Program-made: the position numbers and the translations under genes
The notes under the pieces: generated by a model
Database searches by the model: none
Seen by the model: the letters and a program-made list of their open reading frames with translations, nothing else
What the model was told of the DNA's origin: nothing
Part shown: positions 1 through 12,129 of the stretch, piece after piece
Layout: the number at the start of each line of letters is the position of its first letter
Position numbering within the stretch: position 1 is the stretch's first letter
Source of the DNA: an uncultured Acidobacteriota bacterium
GTDB lineage: Bacteria; Acidobacteriota; Blastocatellia; RBC074
NCBI GenBank assembly: GCA_963794955.1
Contig: CAWCGF010000003.1
Span: 195,915 to 259,914 of the forward strand
Length of the DNA: 64,000 nt
Reading direction: 5' to 3'

Positions 1-813
1 CACCTGCGTAAATTATTTTCTTGCACGGCTGTCACAGACTGCTTATGATTTCGCTCGTCTCAAACATCATTTGCTAACCACTCGCAAGTCGCCACAGTAT
101 CGAACCCCGCACCGTTTCTGAACATCATGACTAACGATCTCGCCGGTTTGGTTTGCCCGCATTGCAAACTGTATAACGAACTCAAGGAATTTAATTGTCG
201 CCGGTGTCGCAAGTCGCTCAGCGCCACACGAGCCGAGGTTGTCGGCAGCGACTCCAACCTATTTACGCCGCGCCGTGTCCTGACACGCATTTCGCTCCTG
301 GCAGGGTTTTTCCTGATCGCCTGGTATGCGTCGTTGCGGACGACCTCTGCTCCGCTCAATCTCGAGCAACGCCAAAGCGTCGAACACGCAATCAATGTTT
401 TGCAGCAACGGGGTTTCACTACTGAAGCCTTTCTGTTGCGCCGGATGACGACCTATTGCGCAACCGATCACTGGTGGAATCAGCAGTTTGGCCATCCGCA
501 AGCATACGCGGCCACGAATTTCCCCTTTGAAGTGATGACGTTGTACCCAGAGTTCTTCACCAAAACCACCGACGACACCGAACGGGCGATTATCTTGCTG
601 CATGAAAGTTATCACCTGTGCGGGCGTGGCGAAGAGACTGCGTATGCGGGGGTGTGGCGCGAGAAAGAGCAACTTGGCTATACCGCCGCGCGCTACAACA
701 AAACCCGCGTCTGGAGCAATATGCGAGATGATACGTTAACATACGCGCCGGAACTATTTACCTGTGGTGCAACGGGCAAAGAGGATTGTGTAACGACAGC
801 GCAGGTAGGCTCA

Positions 814-1614
<801 letters not shown>

Positions 1615-1851
1615 TGTTGATCGTCACCATCTTTTCTTTGCCCGCATTGTTTATCAACATCGGCGTTTCCTGTGTCTCCACCTGTTTGTGGCTGGCACAA
1701 CTCTTGCCACTCTTTATGTTTTGTAACAGCAGGCAAGGGGACTGCGAATCTGCCGAAGCAGATGTGCATCATAGATATACAGAATCGTATGTTAAAGATG
1801 CAATCAGATGGATCGCTGTCACCACTTTCCTCACTATTAAAGGAGCGTTTT

Positions 1852-2460
1852 ATGAATCCCAACGAAAGATACGAACAGCAATATGTTGTTAGCAATAACC
1901 CTTCTGAGCCTAATGAAATTGTAACTACTACAGTACAACAAGGGCCGCGCGAAGTGGGTCTTTCGACCTCCACTATTTTGGTTATTGCAGTGCTGGCAAT
2001 CGTGGCTATCGGCACGGTCTTATACGTTGTAAATAGCAGAAATGAAAACGAAGCTGCTAATCGTGAAGCGGCCCTGGAAGCCAGCAAAATGCAAGCAGAC
2101 GCACAGACCCGCGCCCAACAAGCCGCCGCCCAACAAGCTGCTGCCCAGCAATCGCAACCACCTGTGATCATTCAACAACCTGCTGCGTCGCAAGCGCCAC
2201 CCGTAATTATTCAACAACCTGCTATCTCAACTACCGAGTCGAAAAATACGATTGATGATGCGACGATGCAGGAGTTGGCGCTAAAGCGCCTCACTGACGA
2301 AACAGACCTGGCTACCGTTACCGTGACAGTTCTGGATAGCAAAGCCAGGCTAATGGGAACCGTAGATTCGACAGAGCTGAAAATGAAGGCAGAAAGAGTT
2401 GTGAAGGCAGTGCGCGGTATTAAATCAGTAGAAAACAATATTACTGTTTCTCTGCAATGA
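1852..2460 (+). CDS. BON-domain membrane protein (OsmY-like) with a Q/A/P-rich linker
   Basis: GGAG RBS at 1841-1844 followed by ATG at 1852. One TM segment (ILVIAVLAIVAIGTVLYVV). The linker contains PPVIIQQPA twice. C-terminal BON-like domain (TVTVLDSKARLMGTVDS...AVRGIKSVENNITV). Confidence 0.65.
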   Translation: MNPNERYEQQYVVSNNPSEPNEIVTTTVQQGPREVGLSTSTILVIAVLAIVAIGTVLYVVNSRNENEAANREAALEASKMQADAQTRAQQAAAQQAAAQQSQPPVIIQQPAASQAPPVIIQQPAISTTESKNTIDDATMQELALKRLTDETDLATVTVTVLDSKARLMGTVDSTELKMKAERVVKAVRGIKSVENNITVSLQ

Positions 2461-2538
2461 GTTGTTTCATCAGTTTGCCAAGCGGGCATCTGCTTCTGAC
2501 GGGTGCACCTCTATTTGATTTTGCAGGCTGCAATAAGC

Positions 2539-4507
2539 TTAGGGTTGATTATTTTGCTGCTTGAGAAATGCGCTATATCGCCCTAAAGCTGTTAGGGGGA
2601 ATTGATTGCGATATTGGTGGTAGTTAATGTAGAAATGGCCCGGAAAGCCGGTTCCTGTGAACTCGGCTTCGGGCCAACTTCCTTCACTATTTATTGAGTT
2701 CAATAAATACTCAATGCCCCGCGTTACACTGACCGATTCATAATCGCCCGCAGCCATCAATCCCAACAAAGCCCACGCGGTTTGTGAGGCCGTGCTAGGG
2801 CCTTTGCCGCGTAGCTCTGGTCGTTTGTAAGATTCACACGTTTCGCCCCAGCCGCCGTCCGCATTCTGTCTTGACCGCAGCCATTGCGTCGCGCGTTTCA
2901 CTTCATCGCACTTCATCGCAAAGCCTATAGATTGCCAACCGACCAACACCAGATAAGTCCCATAAACATAATTTACGCCCCAGCGCCCCCAGTATGCGCC
3001 ATCGCGTTCCTGCAAATTCAAGAGGAACTGCATGGCTTGATTTACCTGCGCTGCTGACGCCAGCTTTTCGCCCCAGGCTTTTTGCAGGTGACCGAGCGCT
3101 TCCAGCACACGACTTGTCACGTCTGCCGTCGGCGGATCAATCATCGCCTTCAAATCGCCGTAGGGCATCTGATTCCACAACTCGTTCGTGTTATCCACAT
3201 CAAATGCGCCCCAGCCACCAGCCTTGCATTGCATGGACATTACCCATTGCATCGCCGCGCGAATCGCCTCACGCTTATAAGTATCATTGTCGAGTTTGAG
3301 CGGCAGCAAGGCGAGGACTACGGCGGCAGTATCGTCTACGTCAGGGTAATAATCGTTGTGGAATTCAAACGCCCAGCCCGCTGGTTTGCCCGTGCGATTA
3401 TAGACGGCCCAATCGCCATACTTGAAAATCTGTTTGCTGAGCAACCATTCGCCCGCTTGTTTCAATTTCGGATGTGAGGGCGAGAGACCGGAATCCAGCA
3501 GTGCGGTAATTGCGAGCGCGGTATCCCACGTTGGCGAAACACAAGGCTGCGTGCGGTAATACATCGCTTCACCGTCGGCAGCCGCGCCTTCCGCAATACC
3601 AAACCGCTCAATTGCTTCGAGACCGCGTTTGACATACGGATGATTATTGGAGTAACCAAGCGCATGAAACATCAAAAGGGAATTGAGCATTGCCGGAATA
3701 ATGCCCGCCCAATCACCCGGATGATCCTGCCGTTCAATCACCCATCGCTCCGCTGCCGCAATGCCTTTTTGTCGGAGCGGAACCAGCCCAATTTTGTTGG
3801 CGAATTTTAGCACTTTGTCCGCGAGTAAAAAGCCAGCACCAACCCAGCGTCTTGTCGTTGTTTTTCAGCTTGTAATCCGCTTTCGCTTGTGAGCCTTCGA
3901 CAAACAATTCATCGCATTTCACGCCGCGTTCATACACTGGTCGTTTGTCAATCACCACGAGCAGCGGCACCGTTGAAGACCGCGCCCAACTTGCCATCGA
4001 GTACACATTGAACGGAAACCACTTCGGCAAAAACATAAACCAGGGTGGCAGCGTCGGAATCCCCTCCCACGGAAACGCGCCAAACAGCGCCAGGTGAAGC
4101 TTCGTGAAGACACGTGTTTTGCTCACGCCACCGCGCGCCAATATGAACGCTCGCGCGTTGACCAAACGTTCATCATCCGGGTGGTAGCCCGCCAGCCGCA
4201 GCGCAAAATAGGCTTCCACCGAAGTGCTGATTTCACCGCCATCGCCAAAATACAATTCCCATCCGCCATGCTCACGTTGTTCGCGCAAGATGTAGCGCGC
4301 CGCTTGTTGAATCTGCGCATCCCGATCCGTGCCGAGAATGCGGTGGAGCATAATGAATTCAGCCGTCAACGTGACATTAGCTTCGAGTTCCGCCCACCAA
4401 TACCCTTCGAGTTCCTGTTGCGCCAGCAAATATTCCTGCGCACGATGAATCGCAGCGGCGAGACGTGTGTGTGTGATTGTCTGTGTTGTTCGTTGAAGAA
4501 TCTGCAT
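2539..4507 (-). pseudogene. shc: squalene-hopene cyclase (shc), reading frame disrupted near 3815-3845
   Basis: The N-terminal 257 aa (4507-3734) and C-terminal 424 aa (3813-2539) both match SHC, with QW-type motifs and GWG/DGGWG repeats. The two frames overlap at 3734-3813 around the A5 run at 3833-3837, consistent with a single-nucleotide indel. Confidence 0.8.
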
Positions 4508-4644
4508 CGTCTTACAGTAAAGTTCTAATTCGCAGAGGTGTCAGGAAAGAGAATACGGAACATACGGAAATAACGGAACAAATGGAAGTCGCTTTACCAA
4601 AATATATTTCCGTCCTTTTCGCTATTTCCGTATATTCCATCTTC

Positions 4645-5493
4645 TCAAAACTTCTCCCGCACGCGCAAATAACTCGCAAAGCGTGGCAATCCATTTTTCG
4701 TAAAACCGCGATAAATATACGTCACGAGCGTGCCAATCGCAGGCGGGTTCGCGCGCACGGCATCGGTAAACCCGGTGCCAATCTGAAAGCGTTTGCCGTC
4801 CGCCGTTTCGACTTTGAGCGCGCCCATCTTGCCTTCGTATTTGCCTTTGCCTGGGACGTAGCCAATCACCGTCGCTTCGTCATCTTCGAGCAATTTGAGT
4901 TTGAGCAGCGCATCATTGCGTCCAGTGATGTACGGCGCATCCGCGCGATGGAGCATTAACCCCTCGCCGCCCGCGCGCACCATTTCTTCGAGTTTGCGTT
5001 TGAGCGCCGCGTTGTCGGCCAGGCGGAATTGTTCGACCGCGACGAGTTGCGGGAAAGCTGCTTGTGCAACGATGCGTTTGATCTGATCGTACCGCTGCGC
5101 AAACGTCCCCGGCGCATCGGGCAATTCAAAGATCATATATTTGATTTGCCGCCAGTCCTCATCCTGCGGCGTCGTTTTGCGCACATACCCCGACAGCTTT
5201 TCAAACTGCCCGCGCGCAATCCAGAGTTCGCCGTCGAGAGGTTGTTTCGGCAACTTCGCCAGAAACCAAGCTGGTGCAGCGATTGAATTGCCCGCCCGCG
5301 AACGCAGTGCCTGCCCGTCCCATAATGCGCGTACGCCGTCATATTTTTCGCTGATGAGATACAGCGTCGGATCAATGTCGGCGTGGGCTACGTTAGCGAG
5401 CAAGGCGCGCAACGTGTCGGGTGCTTGTGCAGGAATGAAGGTCGCAGGTAATAGACAAAGGGTGAATATTATAAGGCGGGTCAATGGCCGCAT
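4645..5493 (-). CDS. ATP-dependent DNA ligase with a signal peptide (LigE-type minimal periplasmic ligase)
   Basis: AGGAG RBS then ATG at 5493. Signal peptide MRPLTRLIIFTLCLLPATFIPAQA. Adenylation motif I KYDGVR, and an OB-domain C-terminus. Confidence 0.8.
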   Translation of the reverse strand: MRPLTRLIIFTLCLLPATFIPAQAPDTLRALLANVAHADIDPTLYLISEKYDGVRALWDGQALRSRAGNSIAAPAWFLAKLPKQPLDGELWIARGQFEKLSGYVRKTTPQDEDWRQIKYMIFELPDAPGTFAQRYDQIKRIVAQAAFPQLVAVEQFRLADNAALKRKLEEMVRAGGEGLMLHRADAPYITGRNDALLKLKLLEDDEATVIGYVPGKGKYEGKMGALKVETADGKRFQIGTGFTDAVRANPPAIGTLVTYIYRGFTKNGLPRFASYLRVREKF

Positions 5494-5570
5494 GGGGGCT
5501 CCTGTAATATGCATAAAGGCTCGAGATAGTAATGATAGTGATCCGCAAACACCCTGGATATTAGGCCTGC

Positions 5571-7367
5571 TCAACTCGCCGCCAATTCTTCTTCCAATAA
5601 CTGCCGTTCATACAGCTCAGCGTATTCGCCCTCCAGCCGCATTAATTCTTCGTGCGTGCCGCGCTCGACAATATGTCCGTGATCGAGCACGCAAATCAAA
5701 TCAGCGTCTTTCACGGTGGAAATGCGATGCGCGACGATGAGCGAGGTGCGGCCTTGCATCACGCCGCGCAGTTCGGACAGTATCTTTTCTTCGGTGTAGG
5801 TGTCTACGGCAGAAAGCGCATCGTCTAAGATCAGGATTTTCGGTTCGCGCATGATCGCACGGGCGATAGCCGTGCGCTGCTTTTGTCCGCCGGAAAGCGT
5901 AATGCCGCGCTCGCCGACGAGCGTTTCATATTGCTTGGGAAAGGCATTGATGTCTTCGGCTAAACCGGCAATAGCGGCAGCGCGGGTGATTTGTGGAAGT
6001 TCTGCTTGCGCTACTCCGAACGCGATATTTTCGGCGAGTGTTTCGCTGAATAAAAACGTTTCCTGTGTGACATAGCCGACGCTCGCGCGTAAGCTTTGCA
6101 GCGGAATTTCCCGTATCGGCTGTCCGTCAATCAACACCATGCCCGGTGCCGCGTCGAGCAAGCGCGGCACCAAATTCATTAGCGTAGATTTGCCCGAACC
6201 CGTGCGCCCAATGAACGCGACAGTCTGCCCCGGTTCAATCACTAAATTGATGTTGCGCAATACTTCCGGTGTGCTTTCAGCATATTTAAAAGTAAGATTG
6301 CGAAACTCGATTTTGCCTCTCAACTGGCTCTTTCGCTCTTTCGCTCTTTCGCTCCGCCCCTCATTTTCTTCATCGCGGATCGCTGGTTCTACCCGCATAA
6401 TTTCGTGCATCCGTTTCAAACTTGCCGTGCCACGTTGCACCAGATTGGTCACATAGCCCATCGCAATCAGCGGCCAGATCAATTGCTCCAGATACAAATT
6501 GAAGGCGGCAAATTGGCCGAGCGTCATGTTGCCCAGCGCGGTTTCCCGTCCGCCGTACCACAGAATCGCAGCGAAGCCGAGGCCAATCAGAAACTGCATC
6601 AGCGGGCGAAAGACGGCGGACAGCTTCACTAAATCCAAATTGCGATCCACATATTGCTGATTCAGCTTGTCGAAGTTTTTGATTTCGGCTTGCTCTTGCG
6701 CATATGCACGAATGACGCGAACGCCGTTCAGGTTTTCCTGCGCGCGTGCGGAAATGTCAGAGAAAAATTCCTGAATTTTTTCAAAGCGGACGTGGATTTG
6801 TTGCCCGAACCATTTCACGGTCAACGAGACAAGCGGCATCGTAATCAGCAAAATCAACGTCAGCTTCCAACTGATCGCGAACATAATTGGAATCACGATC
6901 AGGCAGCGAAACAACGTTTGTTCACCATACATAATCGCGGGGCCGACGATTTGGCGTACGGCTCCGAGGTCATTGGTCGCGCGTGCCATCAAATCTCCGG
7001 TGCGATTGTCCTGATAAAATTGCAGTGGCAGCTTTTGCAGATGCGCATAGAAATCGTTGCGCAGGTCGTATTCGATAAAACGCGACATGTTGATGAGCGT
7101 GCGCCGCTGGAAGTAGAGAAAGATACCGCTGATGAAACTTGCGGCGATAATCAAAAGCGCGTGCCGCATGATAATTTCGTAGGTCACGCCGCTGCTTTTT
7201 AAATCATCAATTGCCTGCCCGACTTGATTGGGGACGAAGACGCTGAAAGCGGTCGAGCACAGCACAAACAAAGTGCCTGCGAGCAAGCGCCCGATGTATT
7301 TCTTTTGATAGCTCAGCAACCACGCGTTGCCGGTTAGGTGTTTTGTATTGCTCATAACTTTAGCCAC
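5571..7367 (-). CDS. ABC transporter, fused permease/ATP-binding protein (MsbA/multidrug-exporter type)
   Basis: 598 aa. Six-helix TMD, then Walker [10 protein letters not shown], signature LSGGQKQR, Walker [13 protein letters not shown]. Confidence 0.85.
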   Translation of the reverse strand: MAKVMSNTKHLTGNAWLLSYQKKYIGRLLAGTLFVLCSTAFSVFVPNQVGQAIDDLKSSGVTYEIIMRHALLIIAASFISGIFLYFQRRTLINMSRFIEYDLRNDFYAHLQKLPLQFYQDNRTGDLMARATNDLGAVRQIVGPAIMYGEQTLFRCLIVIPIMFAISWKLTLILLITMPLVSLTVKWFGQQIHVRFEKIQEFFSDISARAQENLNGVRVIRAYAQEQAEIKNFDKLNQQYVDRNLDLVKLSAVFRPLMQFLIGLGFAAILWYGGRETALGNMTLGQFAAFNLYLEQLIWPLIAMGYVTNLVQRGTASLKRMHEIMRVEPAIRDEENEGRSERAKERKSQLRGKIEFRNLTFKYAESTPEVLRNINLVIEPGQTVAFIGRTGSGKSTLMNLVPRLLDAAPGMVLIDGQPIREIPLQSLRASVGYVTQETFLFSETLAENIAFGVAQAELPQITRAAAIAGLAEDINAFPKQYETLVGERGITLSGGQKQRTAIARAIMREPKILILDDALSAVDTYTEEKILSELRGVMQGRTSLIVAHRISTVKDADLICVLDHGHIVERGTHEELMRLEGEYAELYERQLLEEELAAS

Positions 7368-7454
7368 TGATTACACAGATTTTCACAGACTAGGAAAGAA
7401 AACTAGCCTCTACCAAGAGCAAAATGAATCTGTGTAATCGGTGGCTGAAAAAAA

Positions 7455-7898
7455 TTATTTCTCTTTCAGCGATTTGGCCACCAAGCCAATGCCGCCGACC
7501 AATAGAATCAGCATCGTCAGCGTATTGAATAAATTCGTTGTAGCAAAGTACACGTTCAGGCTGGAAATGATGCCAACGAAAATGATGATGACACCCGCAA
7601 ACGTCAACAGCCAGCCAATCTTTGATTTACCGCTGAAAAACAGCATCCCAACGCCGATCAACAAGGGGAACAACGACATGCCGAATCCGTTATAGCCCCA
7701 GACAGTCCAATAGCCTGTCGAGACGTTCACGTTGCGCATGAATAAATACCCGCCCGCAATCGCCATTGCCAGCCCCGCGAGGAAAGTGCCAATGCCGCCG
7801 GATGTGCCTCCTGCACCGCGCTTCTTTGATTGGAGCTGGTCATCAAACATGCTTTGATACGTTTCGTAATCCTGTTTTTCGCGTTCTTTGAATGGCAT
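7455..7898 (-). CDS. hypothetical membrane protein
   Basis: 147 aa, with a Gly-rich segment and three or four hydrophobic helices. No family recognised. Confidence 0.45.
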   Translation of the reverse strand: MPFKEREKQDYETYQSMFDDQLQSKKRGAGGTSGGIGTFLAGLAMAIAGGYLFMRNVNVSTGYWTVWGYNGFGMSLFPLLIGVGMLFFSGKSKIGWLLTFAGVIIIFVGIISSLNVYFATTNLFNTLTMLILLVGGIGLVAKSLKEK

Positions 7899-8021
7899 TG
7901 CTACTCCTTGGTTTGTATATCAACAGCGATGGGGCGCGAGGCGCATTCTAACTTGCCGTGCGCAGTCTTGTACAATAGGCTGCGATGCTTCAAATCGTGC
8001 CCCCGTTAGATTGAGAATTTT

Positions 8022-9056
8022 ATGCCGAGAAAATTACAGAAAAATAAATCACAAAAACTATATGAAGCCGCCATTCAAGCGGAGGATAACCAGCAAATGG
8101 ATGAAGCAGCACAGCTTTATCATGAAGCGATCAAGGCGGATAAGAATTCTCCTTTGCCACAATTCGGATTTGCCGCGTTGCTTCTGGAGCAAGAGAAGTA
8201 CAAAGAGGCAATTAAAGTTTCCCGTTTATTTGTCAAACGATGGCCTTGGCCGTTGGCATATATGATTATCGGGAGAAGCCATTTAGACTTAGGGCAGTAC
8301 GTTAAAGCTGAGCAAGCGTTTCAGCAATCCCTTGCATTTAAGCCAGAACCCGAAACTTGGTTTTTTCTAGGATTCACACTCATACGCTTGGGTCGTAACG
8401 ATGAGGCTATAGATTGTTACCATCAGGCGCTCAAGCTTGATCCTGATTATGACGAAGCCCACTATAATCTCGGCTGCGAATATAAATTGCAAAACCAACT
8501 GACTCAGGCAGAAATACATTTACGAAAAGCCATTGAGATTGACCCAAAATACTCCATAGCCTACGCTGAACTTGGAATTGTTTTGAGTAAAAAAGGCGAG
8601 TTGAAAGAAGCAGCCAAACTCCTGCGAAAATCTATTCGGTTAGAACCCAATTACGGTTGGGCGCGGGTATATTTGGCGAACACCTTATGGCATCAAAGAA
8701 AGCTCAAAGCGGCGGACGAACAGTATCGAAAAGTGATTGAGATATGGCCTGAATTTTCCTTATCCTACTGGTGTTATGGCGGGTTTCTGGCTGATGAGCA
8801 ACGCGATATTGCTTTAGCCGAAAGTCATTTGAGAAAAGCGGTTGAGCTTGACCCTCAAGATGAGGAGTCGAATTATTGGCTGGGAAAATGCCTACTGCGG
8901 TGGAATAGGCACAACGAAGCAAAAAAATATCTCGATATAGCCACTCGTTTAGGTCATCAGAAAGCGGCTGGTTTAGTAGCCGCCACATGGCCACCTCGCC
9001 CAAAAGCTATTGCCCCAGATGAAACTTCAATCTTGGCCTTGATTCATGAAGACTAG
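8022..9056 (+). CDS. tetratricopeptide (TPR) repeat protein
   Basis: 344 aa with repeated A..Y..A....P......LG TPR signatures throughout. Confidence 0.7.
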   Translation: MPRKLQKNKSQKLYEAAIQAEDNQQMDEAAQLYHEAIKADKNSPLPQFGFAALLLEQEKYKEAIKVSRLFVKRWPWPLAYMIIGRSHLDLGQYVKAEQAFQQSLAFKPEPETWFFLGFTLIRLGRNDEAIDCYHQALKLDPDYDEAHYNLGCEYKLQNQLTQAEIHLRKAIEIDPKYSIAYAELGIVLSKKGELKEAAKLLRKSIRLEPNYGWARVYLANTLWHQRKLKAADEQYRKVIEIWPEFSLSYWCYGGFLADEQRDIALAESHLRKAVELDPQDEESNYWLGKCLLRWNRHNEAKKYLDIATRLGHQKAAGLVAATWPPRPKAIAPDETSILALIHED

Positions 9057-9669
9057 CATTTTCTTATTCTCTCAACTCGAAGCCGAAGCTGCTGCCTGTG
9101 TGATCTGCGAACGGATGCAGGAACGCAAAGCCGTGTTGAGCAAATTGAATGGCTCGCTCACGCCGCAAGTCATGTTTATCGCCGAAGCGCCGGGGCGGAA
9201 TGGCGCAGATCGCACGCGGATTCCCTTTCATGGTGACGCTTCAGGCAACACATTTGAGAAATTGCTGGCCAGTATTAAGCTCACGCGCGCCGAGATTTTT
9301 ATTACCAACACCGTGCTGTGCTCACCGCGCAAACCAAGCGGTGCCAACGATAAGCCCACGCGCGGCGAAATCCACAATTGCGCTAATTTCTTGCGCCGCA
9401 CCATCGAAATCCTTAACCCACCGGTCATTGCTACGCTCGGCGCAGTTGCCTTGGCGGCGCTCAAGCTGATTGCGGCGCACGAATACAGGCTGAAAGACAC
9501 GGCAGCGCAGGTATTAAATTGGAATGGTCATCGGCTTGTGCCGTTGTATCATCCGAGTCCGCAAGTGCTGATTACGGCACGACCATTCGAGCAGCAGTTA
9601 CAGGATTTCCAGGCTCTTCGCAACGCTATCGAAGTTGATGAAAGCAGGCGACGTGTGCGACTGGGCTAA
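9046..9669 (+). CDS. uracil-DNA glycosylase superfamily protein (family 4/5-like)
   Basis: Motif A-like [19 protein letters not shown] and C-terminal HPSP motif. ATG at 9046 overlaps the TPR gene stop. Confidence 0.6.
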   Translation: MKTSIFLFSQLEAEAAACVICERMQERKAVLSKLNGSLTPQVMFIAEAPGRNGADRTRIPFHGDASGNTFEKLLASIKLTRAEIFITNTVLCSPRKPSGANDKPTRGEIHNCANFLRRTIEILNPPVIATLGAVALAALKLIAAHEYRLKDTAAQVLNWNGHRLVPLYHPSPQVLITARPFEQQLQDFQALRNAIEVDESRRRVRLG

Positions 9670-9688
9670 CGAAATAACGAGTAGTGTG

Positions 9689-10544
9689 ATGAAAAATCAG
9701 TTTCCCCAAGCCGTGCAAGTTGGTTTGATCGGCGCAGGCATTCAGGCCTCGCGCTCGCCGCACCTCCATGAAAGCGAAGCGCGTGCGGCAGGCTTCGCTT
9801 ATTCGTACCACCTGTTTGACCTTGCACAACTCAACGTCGGTATTGCCGCTTTGCCGCAATTGCTCGCCAACCTGCAAACGCAAGGGTTCGCCGGAGTAAA
9901 CATCACACATCCTTGTAAACAAGCTATTATTCCGCTGCTGGACGAATTGTCGCCCGACGCTGCCGCTATTGGCGCTGTCAATACCGTCGTCTTCGCCGCG
10001 GGCAAGCGCATTGGCCATAACACGGATTGTTCTGGCTTTGCTGAAAGCTTCCGGCGCGGTTTGGCTGATGTCGCACGCCGCCACGTTGTCCTGCTCGGCG
10101 CGGGCGGCGCGGGTGCTGCCGTCGCCACTGCTGCTTTGCAAAGCAGCGTCATCAGGTTACTGATTCACGATGTCGAGAGCCACCGCGCCACTGCCTTGGT
10201 CGAACGATTGCGCTCGTCGCTTTGGCGTTGCTCGCAGCGCGGGTGTTACTAATCTTGCTGCCGCCCTTGCCACTGCGGATGGCTTGCTCCAGGCCACACC
10301 CATCGGCATGCACGGACATCCCGGTTTGCCCTTGCCAATAGCCTTGCTACGGCCTGCGCATTGGGTCGCCGAGATCATTTACTTCCCACTCGAAACCGAA
10401 TTGCTGAAGCAGGCACGCGCACTGGGTTGCCGCACGCTGGATGGTAGTGGGATGGCTGTCTTTCAGGCCGCGGAGGCCTTTCGCCTGTTCACCGGGGTAA
10501 CGCCAGATCGCGAGCGGATGTTGCGTTGTTTTGCAGAAATGTAA
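9689..10544 (+). pseudogene. aroE: shikimate dehydrogenase (aroE), frame disrupted near 10205-10225
   Basis: The N-part (9689-10252) carries AroE motifs: GLIGAGIQASRSP, NITHPCK, GAVNTV, GHNTD, LLGAGGAGAAVA. The C-part (frame +1, about 10215-10544) carries the substrate/NADP C-terminal motifs: ATPIGM...DGSGMAVFQAAEAFRLFTG. The switch lies at ...LVERLRS / RFGVARSAGV. Confidence 0.75.
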
Positions 10545-10642
10545 GAACCGGATATTTATTCTTGGGTACCGCGAAATTCTTCTCAACGTTTTTCGTATCG
10601 CCCCAGTAGTTCTCTATGACAGAGCAAGATGGAGGTTAAAAG

Positions 10643-11275
10643 ATGAGCAGCAACGTTGCCGACATCGCTCTTGTGATGGATCAATTTTCTCAGAGCAGTC
10701 GTCACAGTACACCGATTGAATCGTTGATTGAACGCGCGTGCAGCGGCGATGCCGTTGCCTTCGATCAATTAATGATGGCGTATCAGCAACGCGTGATGGC
10801 AACGGCATGGCGGATGCTCGGCAATATGGAAGACGCGCGTGATGCGGCGCAGGAAGTATTTTTGCGGCTCTACAAGCATTTGCACAAATACGACGCGCAA
10901 CAGGATTTTTCCGGCTGGCTCTATCGTATCGTCATCAACGTTTGCCACGATGTTGCACGCAAACGCGGGAGTCGCCATTCCTCATTTGAGGCTGAGCAGG
11001 AAGCGGGACAATTGCCTGTATTGCTGAGCCGCGACAATTCCGAACGCGCGGCGATGCAGGCGGAAGAACAGGCAATTGTGATGAAAGCGCTATCAACTTT
11101 GACAGAAAAGGAACGCGCTGCATTGGTGTTGCGCGATTTGGAAGGCTTGCCGACCGAGGAAGTCGCGCGGATTTTAGGTTCGTCCGCGACGACCGTGCGT
11201 TCGCAAATCAGCACCGCGCGGACCAAGATCAAACAATACCGCGACCGCTTTTTGAAGGGAGGTCAGCGCAAATAA
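10643..11275 (+). CDS. RNA polymerase ECF-type sigma-70 factor
   Basis: Region 2 (FLRLYKHLHKYD...FSGWLYRIVIN) and region 4 (ALVLRDLEGLPTEEVARILG). GGAGG RBS. Confidence 0.85.
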   Translation: MSSNVADIALVMDQFSQSSRHSTPIESLIERACSGDAVAFDQLMMAYQQRVMATAWRMLGNMEDARDAAQEVFLRLYKHLHKYDAQQDFSGWLYRIVINVCHDVARKRGSRHSSFEAEQEAGQLPVLLSRDNSERAAMQAEEQAIVMKALSTLTEKERAALVLRDLEGLPTEEVARILGSSATTVRSQISTARTKIKQYRDRFLKGGQRK

Positions 11276-12114
11276 TGAACTGTCAAACAACTGAACACCT
11301 CATTCCATTATTTATCGAAGCCGATTTGGATGCGGCAGAAATGCAGCAAGTGACGGCGCATTTAGCAACGTGCAATTCGTGTTGTCAGCTCGCGGCTGAA
11401 TTTCAAACCAGTCAGTCGTTCTTGCACGCGGCGACGTTGCCTGTATTTGACGAAGCCGTGTTGGACGAAATGCGAAGTGCCGTGGTGCAGTGCGTCGCGC
11501 CGACAGGACAACCTACGTTCGTCGCCTGGTTACAACTGAGGTGGACGTGGAAACTTGCGTTTGCTGCGACTGCTGTGCTGTTACTGGTCAGTGGCATTGT
11601 GCTTTCCCGACGTGGCGCAGCACCGGATGCTGTTCAAGTAAAGAGCTATGCGAAAGAAGGCACTTCAAATGCACTCGCATTGAACGCAACTGACAAAGCA
11701 CAAGAAAAAAACTCGCGTTTGGCTCCACCGAATTTTCAGCCCCGAACGAGGCGCAAGCATAAAGCCCCGCATGGAGTGAGCGAACGCAACCTTGGGAACG
11801 ACGCGACAACTTTGCCAAGCAGCGCGATAGACCTTGATAATCAAATCGTTGCTGGCGCTATCGCCCCATCCGGGGCTAATGATTCCTCTGCTCTTCCTCC
11901 CAGGGGTGACACGCTGAGCTTTACTCTGCCAGCTGTTCCACTGGCTGAAACCGCAACTGCTGCTATGCTGACGAACTTGGAAAAATCACCACCCGAACCC
12001 GAAATGCTCAGGATGGAAATTCAGACGGCTGACCCGAATATCAAAATCATCTGGCTCACGCCCAAAGAGCCAATGCGGACGATTCCCGCCCCCCTTACTG
12101 AAGTCACCAAATAA
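11275..12114 (+). CDS. anti-sigma factor (zinc-finger type, single TM)
   Basis: Start codon overlaps the sigma-gene stop (TAATG). N-terminal H..C..C motif (HLATCNSCCQ), central TM (LAFAATAVLLLVSGIVL). Confidence 0.55.
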   Translation: MNCQTTEHLIPLFIEADLDAAEMQQVTAHLATCNSCCQLAAEFQTSQSFLHAATLPVFDEAVLDEMRSAVVQCVAPTGQPTFVAWLQLRWTWKLAFAATAVLLLVSGIVLSRRGAAPDAVQVKSYAKEGTSNALALNATDKAQEKNSRLAPPNFQPRTRRKHKAPHGVSERNLGNDATTLPSSAIDLDNQIVAGAIAPSGANDSSALPPRGDTLSFTLPAVPLAETATAAMLTNLEKSPPEPEMLRMEIQTADPNIKIIWLTPKEPMRTIPAPLTEVTK

Positions 12115-12129
12115 CGTAGGAGATAATCT

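Noticed and set aside
5141-5740. 199-aa plus-strand ORF overlapping ligE and the ABC exporter
   Set aside because: Antisense to two well-supported genes. No family resemblance.
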